64,000 nucleotides of DNA. It comes from the human T2T-CHM13v2.0 reference genome, Homo sapiens. Made by a program: the position numbers and the translations under genes. The DNA is taken from NCBI RefSeq assembly GCF_009914755.1, contig NC_060928.1; one strand, given 5' to 3'. Below, piece after piece: positions 1 through 12,039 of the stretch (positions are counted from its first letter, which is position 1; each line of letters begins with the position of its first letter). Under the pieces are notes generated by a model. It saw nothing but the letters and a program-made list of their open reading frames with translations. It did not search any database and was not told the DNA's origin.

Positions 1-1279
1 AAAATAAGAGTGAGTAAGTTTCATAAAAAAAGCCACCTCTTCACTTCATCTGTAAATCTATAATGTGAGGAATTGGACTATACTATATTTGTGAGCCTCC
101 CACCAAAATACACCATTATTGATGAATTTTCTTTCACATATATCCATATCATGAAGATTTCATACTGGCCCTGAAGTTCAGAGCTATTATAGCTTTTATG
201 CTGAAATCTGCCAAATAATTTAAAAACATGCTTTAGTCTTAAGTTTATTTAAATGTGTTTAAGTTACAATGATAGAAGAATTATAGAAGATATTCAGCTC
301 CGGGGATAAGAGAAATGTCCCATTAACAGACCTAGCAGGTTTCTGCTTTTAAGAAAGAAGTCCAGTTATCGGGAGAAATTGGTCAGACCCATGTTAGCAG
401 GAAGGCTGATGCAATCATGAGCCACTGTGACACTCCTCTAGGACTCATAGCCCATGATTGTCCCAGAGTTCGTGGCTGGGTTGAAGTCAGGGAGAATCAA
501 GTGGCCTGCACTTAGTTTAGAGTGTCCCTGCAGCAAAAAAAGTCAGGAAGATTTTCACTTTTACTCTGTGTTCTATCAAAGTCAGGAGTTAGCTGACTAC
601 ATTTGAAAATACATTTTGGGGAAAATTTTACCCTTGCCAAAAATACTCACTGGAAAAGTGAATCTACTTTTCATATGTCTAAACAGATGTCAAAGGTGCC
701 ATGAATTATATTAGCATAATTACACTTTTCAAAAATTCCAAGGCATTAGTCTCCCATAGAAACACATCAATGAAAATAGATGCTTGAGCAACAAATATAA
801 ATGGAATAAGCAAATCTTACCTGTCAATTATCATTATCAAAGGTATATTTTGATTAAGTCGGTAAATTGTTTTGCATTTATTCATGTAGAATAAATTGGA
901 ACTAGCAATGACATTAAAAGCAAAAATTATATATTTAACTATCCTATATCTTTATTTTCTAAATGTACAATGGCCTGAATTTTTTGGGAAAAAAAAGGTA
1001 CTGTTTTCCCCCTCGATAAGTTAGCCATGATACACACACAAAAAAAATGAGTATTATTAAGCTAATCAGAATGTATAAGACTTTTAAATATAAAATATTC
1101 TTATTTTACCAATTATTTTAAATTTTAATAATTACATAGAATATTTTTAAAGTTTTTCTTAGAGGTTGTCTCTCATTAAGAAATGTGCAAGCAGAGTAAA
1201 TGTGAGATCAATCATGTACAGCAATGCTAAAATAAATGTAAGATTTTTGAATGGATGACTGATTAATAACCACAAAACA

Positions 1280-2190
<911 letters not shown>

Positions 2191-2374
2191 ATCTACCACT
2201 TCAGACCCATACAGCCTCCTAAAGAGTATTTTTATTTATTAACTATGTTTTATTCTTAAATCTATTCTTTCATTCAGAATTTATATAGACTTCCTGTGGG
2301 TATATTTGAAATACAAGGGGAAACATATTTTTAAATAGTTCCAAATATTGGGTAAAGATGAAAAATAATAAATA

Positions 2375-2765
2375 CAGTCAAATGCTGTATTTTAGTCAAT
2401 GAAGTTTTAGTCAATGAAGACTTCACATAATCAACTTCACATAATGAAGGTTTAGTCAATGATGGGCCACATATACAACACTAGTCCCATAAAATTAGAA
2501 TACCATATTTTTAATGTACCTTTTCTATGTTTTGATATGTTTAGATATACAAATACTTCCCATTGTGTGACAATTGCCTATAGTATTCAGTACAGTAGCA
2601 TGCTGTGCAGGTTTATAGCCTACGAACAATAGGCTACCAGGTAGCCTAGGTGTGTAGTACATCTGGGTTTGTGTAAATACGCCCTGTGATGTTGACACAA
2701 TAACAAAAAACACCTAATGATGCATGTCTCAGAAAGTATCATCCTCATTAAGTGACACATGACCG
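2375..2765 (+). mobile_element. Tigger3a-like (MER7) non-autonomous DNA transposon
   Basis: Starts TA|CAGTCA and ends CATGACCG; internal motifs gtaccttttctatg, cagtacagtagcatgctgtgcaggtttatagccta match the recalled Tigger3a consensus. Confidence 0.8.
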
Positions 2766-3228
2766 TTCCAGAGTTTATTTTTCCAAATATTTAACAGTCA
2801 TTTATTACAAGTTTACTATGTGACAGATACAACTCTACATTTTGGGTTTAAAATGAGATTTGTCAGAAAGAAATGGCCAAATGGTATGAATTTGTGAAGG
2901 CAGATGGGACTGCACACTTTCACGCATGGAGAAAGAATCATTCCCTTCTTTGACGCATACCTGTGTGCTCTATCAGTATAAATTACCAGTTTTTTGTTGA
3001 ACATGTTCAGTGGGCAAAGCCTATTCTTGAGCTCTGAGTGAGAAGGAAATACAAATAACATTTAAGCCCTGTCTTCTAGAAACTCAAATTCAGGGAGAAG
3101 ATATAAGGAAGGAGAAAAAATAACTAATGATAAAAGAAGACATTTTGGAATGGAGACCAAAAAAGAATATGCAAACATAAGAAATAGACGAATTCTCGCC
3201 AACAGATATATTTTTAAGAAAAATGCTC

Positions 3229-3528
3229 GGCCAGGTGTAGTGGTTCACGCCTGTAATCCCAACACTTTGGGAGGCCGAGGCAGGCAGATCACCTGAGGTC
3301 GGGAGTTCAAGACCAGCCTGACCAACATGGAGAAACCCTGCCTCTACAAAAAATACAAAATTAGCCAGGCATGGTGGTGCATGCCTGTAATCCCAGCTAC
3401 TAGTGAGGCTGAGGCAGGAGAATGGCTTGAAACCAGGAGGTGGAGGTTGCGGTGAGCCAAGATCGCACCATTGCTCTCTAGCCTGGGCAACAAGAGCGAA
3501 ACTGCCTCAAAAAAAAAAGAAAAAAAAA
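3229..3528 (+). mobile_element. AluSp-like element
   Basis: gtcgggagttcaagaccagcctgaccaacatggagaaaccc diagnostic positions; TSD ending AAAAATGCTC on both sides. Confidence 0.93.
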
Positions 3529-3944
3529 TGCTCAACATCACTAATCATCAGGGAAATGCAAATCAAAACCACAATGACATGTCATCTCACACTTCTTAGA
3601 TTGGCTACTATTTGGACAAGAGATAACAAGTGTTGGTGAGAGGTAGTGCCAGGTCTATTCATGTGGAGGTGAGACAGCTGCAGAAGAGGCATGAGCAGGA
3701 ATGATTATTTCAAACTGCTAAGGAGTCAGGTGTGTGGAGAAGAGGCAACTCTTGAACACTGCTAGTGAGAATGTAAACTAGTACAGCCATTACAGAAAAC
3801 AGTATGGAGGTTCCGTAAAAAATTAAAAATACAATTACCATATGATTCAGCAACCTCATGTCTGGATATATAGCCAAAGGAAAAGAAATTAGTATTTCAA
3901 AGAGATAGCTGCACTTTCATGTTCATTGCAGTATTAGTCACAAG

Positions 3945-4235
3945 CCATGATACAAAAGCAATGTATAAATACTTTCTGAGAAATGCATTGTACGTGATTT
4001 TGTCATTGCATGAACATCATAGAGTGTACTTACATTAATTCAGATGGTATGGCCTACTACACACCTAGGCTGCATGGTATAGCCTGTTGTTCCTAAGCTA
4101 TAAACCGGCACAGCATGCCACTGTGCTGAATACTGTAGGCTATTGTCATCCAATGGGAAGTATTTGTGTATCTCAACATATCAAAACAGAGAAAAGATAC
4201 CATAAAAATATAATATTCTAATCTTATGGAATCAA
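3945..4235 (-). mobile_element. Tigger3a-like element (reverse)
   Basis: Reverse complement of the 2375-2765 element (ttctgagaaatgcattg ... gcctactacacacctaggct ... aatactgtaggc). Confidence 0.8.
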
Positions 4236-5930
4236 CATAAGTTCTAGAAATCTAATGTACAGCATGGTGACTATAGTTAATAAAACTTTATTGTATACCC
4301 TCAAAATTTGCTAAGAGCATAGATCTTAAATGTTCTCACCTCACATACACAGATAACTATGTGAGATGATGGACATGTTAATTAGTTTAATTGCTGTAAT
4401 CACTTCACATCATGTTTTGTTTTCCCCCTAACTCCAAGTTTAGAATCACCAGATGAAATTTTGAGACCACAATGACTGAGGCTTGGTGATCATTCTCATA
4501 ATAAAAAGTAAATTTTATTAGACATGAACTTGGAACATATCTGGAATTCAAAATAATTGTTGCATCAGAGTTAAGGAAATGACATTTTGGTTTATTTTAT
4601 GTGAACACATGCATTTCTAATCTGTATTAATATAGTATTAACTGCAATGACAACATATCATAAGATTACTTTTTGCCTTGCTTACTAAAATATAAAATGA
4701 TTTCTGATTTTGGTAGTTATCATTCATAATAATCTTTTATAAGTGACTTTTATTGTATGAAACTTTAAAATATCTAAGAATAGATAATGTGATATAAATA
4801 TGCAGTAAGTTTCATTAGATTCAGAGTAGTTAGCATTTGAAAACCTCTAATTAGAAGCTCACATTCCAGAGATGTTACTATGAGTGTTTAAGCCTTCTTT
4901 CTCTCAAGTAGTAAAAGGTTTGTTATTTAATATAAGGATACAAGACTTTTTTATCCATTGCTTAAGTAAGTGGTGTTTAAGATGTGAGTCAATTAGAAAT
5001 GTTACACAGGCACCTTAATTATTATAAGAAGAAAAGAGAACTATGGAGGTAGGCTAACAGTCAATACCCTTCAGAGTTATTTTTTAGACCTAAAGATTAA
5101 GTCTTTTGCGTAGCCATTTTCAAAAGATTATGTTGCCTGCTCTGACTTAAGTTTGGCTAAATGATGCTGCTGGCATATTGTAACAACTATCTTAAATGAA
5201 CTTTTCATTTATGGTGCTTGACAGAATGCCTAGAATGACAGTAAGCTGGGACTTCAATGAGATTAAAAGTTCTGTGACATTTTTTGCCTGTTTGGTAATA
5301 AATGTTTATATATGTGATATAATATGTAAACCTGAGATAACAGGTGTCGTTATATCTCACCCGTAAGCAAGGTTAGTGGCAACTGTGGGCCACAATGGCC
5401 ATTAACTGATGGAGGTTACCAATATATATTAAAATAATGTCAAAATTCTGAATGACCAAATTGGCTTAATGCAGTTTGTAATCAAAGCTGCTAGTGAGAA
5501 AAGAGATACTCATACCTATGAGACAACGAACAGACAATTGCACAGGCACACACATAGTTCTTAGGGTACGGAGTGGCCTTTTATGCCTTCTATGCATGTG
5601 TATGTGATATGTGTCAATCAAAATGTTTAGTTACATTGAATAATTTTATGTGGGATAAGGTCTTATGTTGAATTATCCTATAATGAACATAAACAACTGG
5701 AAAGTTTGTGCTTAATTGGTTTCCACTTTTTAATGGCAAAACCAGAGAAGTGAATGTATTACAGTCCCTATCATACTGTATCTTTCATAGCTGGTGGATA
5801 TTATGAAAATTAAACATGTTTAAAAGTTTGAATATCAGAAGTTTTATAAAATTGAAACATTTTAAGGTCTTCCTTTTGGAATAGTGTGGGCTTTTTTTTT
5901 TTTAAGGGAAGTTCATAAATTTTGCCTTTA

Positions 5931-6338
<408 letters not shown>

Positions 6339-7615
6339 TCAAGGAACAGAAACATAAGAAAGGTGGTATAAAGAATATTTCGCTTTTATTTTCCACTGAT
6401 ACAGTGGAAGCAGCAAGAGTTAAGCATTGGGTTTTATCATTTTGGCAGTGATGATGGTGGTGGTAGTGTGATTTGCAGGCAAGGAGGACTCTTACTGATT
6501 TTCAGCACAGTATTTACTGTGAAGTAATAGTAAACATTTTGCTAAAGTTTCTCATATTCTATCACATAGCCAAGTTTTCTATTGTTATTACATTTTAAGA
6601 TAAACATTAAATGATAAAGCACATTTTAACTACTGAGGTCTGTTAAAGTCATTGTACAAACTTGCTACTTTCATTCCCTCCAGGTTTTTTCAGGCTTAGT
6701 GGAAAATAGTCTTAATTCAATCAAGAAGGATAAAAATATCAAAACACTGTACCAATTTAGATGTGGATTTACTTAGGTCTCACAAATGTGTTGAAGATGC
6801 CTAATTTATTTCCATATGTTGAAATCTTTAAGGTCTAAAATTATATTCAGCTTTTAGAAGAAACTTTGTGCATGATAAACTCTGAAATCTTGTCCACACA
6901 GAGAAAGGCACTGGCTTTGAAAACTGATTAAAACACACAGGTCAAACTAGATAACTCAAATAATAATAATTTTGTATTTTTAACATGTTACTGCATTCTT
7001 GGCATAAAATGAAATATGTCCCAATCATAAATGATCAAACACATTGATTCAGTTGAGACCAATGTTACTCCTGAACATTTCTCTGTATTAGATAGGAAGA
7101 ACCAGTGTTGACTACCCACTCCACAAAAGGCACCGTGCTAGCTGTCATGGAATACAGCAACCCTATCCTGCTGTGCATCTCAGGGAGCTAAGTGATGACC
7201 TTCGCCCAAGTAGTATTCTCCCTACTGCCCTGATACTGAAGCATCAGGTCATATCATTTCACTCCACTTGTTCATTTCATTACCTTAAAAAAAAAAAAGT
7301 AGTATTACATTAATGCAAGACTTAATTTCCTAAGAAAGATACAAGTTCTCCTGAAATTAGTCCAAGAACAAAATTTTCCTAATATTATGAAGGGTCATTT
7401 TTTGATTTACTGTTAGGAAGATGCCATGGAAGGATTGGAGATTTATTTGATGCTTTAGTAAAAAAATTCTTTCGAAGAGACTTCATTGATTTTTTTTTAA
7501 TAGGATACTCAGTCTATTGGAATAGATAGATTTGGCCAAACCAAGGTGATGTCTTAAGTTGGAGACTATCTGTAAAATTTTGGTAGGAATTAAGTAATTT
7601 ATTTCTTTTAAGATA

Positions 7616-7919
7616 CATGGCATGCATTGCTTAATGACAGCATACACTCTAAGAAATGCGTGGTTAGATGATTTTGTCATTGTAGAAACATCATAAGTTG
7701 TACTTTCACAAATGGTATATAGCCTATTGGTCCTAGGCTACAAACCGGTACATCATGTTACTGTACTGAATACTGTAGGCAATTGTAACACAATGGTAAA
7801 TTTTTGTGTATCTAAACATAGAAAAGATAAAGTAAAAATACAATAATATAATCTTATAGGACCCTCATCATATATGCAGTCTATCATTGATCAAAATGTC
7901 CCTCTGTGATGCATAACTG
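7616..7919 (-). mobile_element. Tigger3a-like element (reverse)
   Basis: Same motifs as the other two copies; ends ataactg|ta. Confidence 0.8.
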
Positions 7920-8094
7920 TACATAAAGTCAAATATCTAAGCTCAAGACTATGCAGTCACATTTTTATAATACAATGGATTAGAATGAACAAAGCAATGA
8001 ATAACCACTGCCATTTCCTAAGATCATAGAAATACAACTTTTTGAGAAAAATTTTAGTTTCTTTGGAAGCAACTAAAACATAACTAGAAAATAG

Positions 8095-8434
<340 letters not shown>

Positions 8435-8441
8435 AGAACTC

Positions 8442-8658
8442 TTTTTTTAAACTTTCAAGTTCAGGAATACAAGTGCAGGCTGGTTACATAGGCAAACTTG
8501 TGTCATGAGGGTTTGTTGTACCAATTATTTCATCATCCAGATATTAAGCCTAGTACCCATTAGTTTTTTTTCCTGATCCTCTCCCTCCTCCCATCTTCCA
8601 CCCTCTGAAAGTCCCCAGTGTATGTTGTTCCCCTCTATTTGTCCGTGAATTTTCATCA
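8442..8658 (-). mobile_element. Short 3' fragment of L1PA (PA13-like)
   Basis: Reverse L1 3'UTR (aagttcagg..tacaagtgcagg..ttacataggcaaacttgtgtcatg..aagcctagtacccattagtt); TSD TATAATG(G/A)AACT at 8161 and 8659. Confidence 0.85.
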
Positions 8659-8762
8659 TATAATGAAACTCTTGATGGTAACCATGATTCCTGTTAAGGT
8701 ATCATATGCTGAAAATATATAGTTACATATTCAGAGGAAGAAATATAAGTTGGGGAATCTTT

Positions 8763-10478
8763 TTTTTCCACCTCACTAAAGAATATTCATTTATTTATAA
8801 TTATTGCTAAGTAAACTTCTCTTTTAAACAGGAACATAAGAACACAGTAGGGCTTTGCACAAATGGACTCTCTGAACAGTTGGTTTGTATACATGTCAAA
8901 ATAAGTTAGAATGGAATTTGTCCAGGAGTTTCCAAGTCACCCGAGAGGCTGTGCACCTCTTTTGAGAAGGTTAGGGAGGGGTGCAGACAGGAGCCTTGCC
9001 GAGACTACCCCCCAGCTCAAACTGTGAGTTGTGCTGTTTCCTCCTCCTAGCTTTGCCCAGGCCCAAGGCACAGGGCAGGGGGCATTCAAGTATCGAACCT
9101 TGCAGAGGGCCAGTGACGATGGCAGGGCTGGGGGAGGGAAAGGAGAGCCCCACCCCGGGGGCCAGACCTTCTCCAAGACCAAGGCCACTGCACTGGCAGG
9201 AGGGAGGAGGAGGAGGAAGTACAGGGTTCTTTTTGGTACCAAGGGAGAAAGACATTTTGGGAAGACGTAGTTGCAAGGGATGATGCCTTCTGCTCAGCAG
9301 GAGAAAATGTCTTGTACAGTGACGGGGTCACTGCCACCTGAGGGTCATCATGACGGGCACCTGGGAGGCCATGGGGCCTCGGGGTCTGGGAGCCACACTT
9401 GGGCCACCTTGTCCACCCCTCAGTCCTGATCACAGTCACCCTGAAGCCTGGCTTGGTCCTTCACTTAAGGATTCAGCCTTGAGGGTGGCTGCACTGCAGA
9501 TCAGTTCCTCCCACCCCAGGCTGTTCCCCTCTCCGGGTTTCTGGGCTGAAACTAGTGGCTCCATCTGTGCCTTTGGGGCCGGCCCCTGCCTGCTCCTCCC
9601 CACTGAGGCCTCAGGAGGCAAGTGGGTGGGGGTCTGGGTTCCCTAGAGTTCCTGAGTGTGCTATTTCACTGCCCTGGGCCTGTCCTCTCTGGTTCCAGGG
9701 GCAGGAGCTGGTGTGGGAACAGCGGAGAAGAGAGCAGGTGAGCAAGGGAGCGAGCTGTTGGCTAAGCAGTCAGCAGCCCTGGCGGTGGCGGATGGGAAAT
9801 GGGACGAAGCAAGTCAGCAACTCCAGGGGCCAGGCAGGGGTGGAGGGCTTCCCAGCTCTGCTTTCTCCTGCCTCCCACCCCAGCCTGCTGAGGCTGCTGC
9901 CAGCAGCTGCAACTCCAGGGCCAGGGTGACAGTCCCCATGGAGACCCAGTCCTGCCCAGCCAGGCTGCTGAGCGGGGGTGGGTAGGAAGCATGCACAGCA
10001 CACAAGGAAGCTTAGGCTTGGAAAAAGAAAATATATCTCCATCAGAAAAGGTCATAGGTGACACAGAGTTGGAAAGAAAAAAAATAATAAGTTACCTTCA
10101 GAAGACCCACTTTGCTCAAAAAAACCCTTGTTTTCCCTCTGTGTGCTTCACTTTCCTTTTTTAAATACATTGCTCTTTCCGGGGAGCTGCTGACTCATGG
10201 CTATCCCTGTTGCAAGGTGGACACTGAGGACTAAGAAATGACTGCAGTCCCCCTCCCCAACAGGTGGTCCTGGGCCTTCCCTGAGGACAGCCCTTCTTGG
10301 TCCCCTGTGGTGCCCTAACTCTGCTCTGCCCTGCCCCCTGCTTCTGGTTTTGTTAGTGTGTGCCTGACGCAGGGCCTGTCCCAGCTTTGTTCCTGGTGGG
10401 GGCTCCCTGGTGTGGAGCTCCAGCTGGGGCCGAAGTGGATGACATGTGTTGCAACTCACTTTAGGGACACCTAGACAG
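8763..10478 (-). pseudogene. Processed (retroposed) mRNA fragment, apparently 3'UTR only, parent gene unidentified
   Basis: Perfect 16-bp TSD AAGTTGGGGAATCTTT (8747-8762, 10479-10494) followed by AA (L1 endonuclease-like site); short poly-T at 8760-8767; AATAAA on the minus strand at 8790-8795; GC-rich unique sequence in an AT-rich context. Confidence 0.85.
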
Positions 10479-10627
10479 AAGTTGGGGAATCTTTAAAAAC
10501 AAATCAACTTAATTGTACTTGGCCTACAATTAAAGGTCAAAAATGAACTGAGTTTATTATATATGCATGGTGATTTATTTAAAAATAATTTTAAAATTAC
10601 AAATGTATTGTTTCTTATATAGTTTTT

Positions 10628-10659
10628 CTATATATATATATATATCTATATCTATATAT
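10628..10659. repeat. (TA)n microsatellite
   Basis: tatatatatatatatctatatctatatata. Confidence 0.8.
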
Positions 10660-10769
10660 AAAAAGACAAACTTTCACACATATGAATAATAACCACAACA
10701 AAATTCTGCCAATCATTTAATTCTTTACTTTGAAGAGTTTTTAAAAATAGAGGCAAGTGGCCAGGCATG

Positions 10770-11257
10770 TGTAAGAGATCAGTCAGGGTGGTAGGAGAAA
10801 TTATAAGAAAAAGATGCCAACCTTCTTGGAAGGGTGGGAGGTTTTGCAAAAGCTTGGAAAGAGAATTTGGCTGAAGGCAGCTGAATTCTCTCAAGGTAAA
10901 TAACAAGGAAGTGTAAGGGAATTGATCTAGATAAGTTAGTTTGCGTAGGCCTCAGAACCTGGCCTTTAATCATCATGCACAGGACTGCTCTCTTGCATGG
11001 GGTGGGGTGGGGGAGGGAGCAACCATGTTAATTACTCACAAGTTGTGTTAACTCAAAGCCTTTGTCATTAAATCTGTACTAAATAAATGCCCGCAGTGCT
11101 GGCTTGTCAGGGCTGTGGCTGCTGTGACTCTTTATGGCACCCTCCTCAGTGTCTGTGAGCAGCCTGGTCCCCTAGCCGCAGGCCCAGGCAAAAAACCTGT
11201 GTTTGCCTACATTTTTTAATCTGTCACTCAGCCAGGGTCTGCGGGGCAGACCTGGCA
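10770..11257 (+). mobile_element. 5' LTR (LTR22-type)
   Basis: TG...CA ends; tgtaagagatcagtcagggtgg start; direct repeat of 16555-17046; contains ATTAAA/AATAAA. Confidence 0.92.
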
Positions 11258-11259
11258 GG

Positions 11260-11277
11260 TGATGCCCTGCGTGAGGA
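11260..11277 (+). promoter_or_regulatory. Primer binding site, tRNA-Met-like
   Basis: TGATGCCCTGCGTGAGGA just after the LTR; 15/18 match to TGGTGCCCCGTGTGAGGA (complement of the tRNA-Met 3' end, recalled). Confidence 0.75.
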
Positions 11278-11401
11278 ATGCTGCAGTGGATTGCGACGGA
11301 ATCCTCGAAAACAAAGGTGAAGAGACTGCGCAGTCAGTAAGTCACTGGTGCCTGCTTGGGATTTCCAAGTTAGAGGGAATTGTTCAGGCTAGGGTTTCAT
11401 C

Positions 11402-12025
11402 ATGGGACAGCAGTTATCAGCTCAACAGATAAAAGTATTGAAACAGCTGCTTAAAGCTAGTGGAGCCTCGTTTTTGCAGGCTCAATTGAGTGACCCAATG
11501 CAAACTGTTGTTTCCCATAATCCATGGGTCCCAGAAGAAGGCATGCTAGACATAGAGCTCTGGGAACAAGTGGGGAGAAATCTTAAACAACATCATGCAC
11601 AAGGGCAATGGGTCCCAGTAACATCTCTAACGTTATGGGCTTTAGTTAGGGCTGCTTTGGTCCTGCTCTATGTGGAAGAACCTAAAAAGGGAAGGGAGAA
11701 AAAAACCATCACCTACCTTACCACCATCTCCTTCTCCCTCAGCCCAGCCATTACTGGGCAAAAATAGCAAAGAGGAAACAAAGGTTTTGCCTGAGCCCTC
11801 TTCTCCAATAAATTGGAAAAAAGGCAAGGGATATGCTATAGCTATGGGACCCTGTCTTAGGCAAGTGGCATTAGAAGGGGAGCTCTTAGCCTGCCTGGAA
11901 ATGCAAGATCATAAGGCAATCAGGTATATGAACCCATTTCTTTTGACACTTATAAAGAGATAAGAAAAAGCATTAGAGAAAATGGAGCCACTAGCCCATT
12001 TACAAGAGGGTTAATTGAGGTCATT
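11402..12025 (+). pseudogene. gag: Truncated, frameshifted gag (matrix to start of capsid)
   Basis: MGQQLS myristoylation-type start; WVPEEGMLDIELWEQVG matrix motif; start of CA (IRKSIRENGATSPFTRGLIE); no CCHC zinc knuckle follows. Confidence 0.85.
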
Positions 12026-12039
12026 CTGCAGACCTCTTT

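Larger units (their letters stand above)
3196..4420 (+). mobile_element. L1MA/MB ORF2-end/3'UTR fragment with nested Alu, Tigger3a and a ~90-bp foreign insert
   Basis: aacatcactaatcatcagggaaatgcaaatcaaaaccacaatg (ORF2 C-terminal [13 protein letters not shown]) and 3'UTR motifs gtacagcatggtgactatagttaataa, gatcttaaatgttctcacc. Confidence 0.85.

Noticed and set aside
8937-10459. Many overlapping 60-124 aa ORFs in the GC-rich block
   Set aside because: They occur in all frames and both strands, are P/G/A-rich and have no recognisable domain. This is expected from stop-codon scarcity in GC-rich UTR sequence
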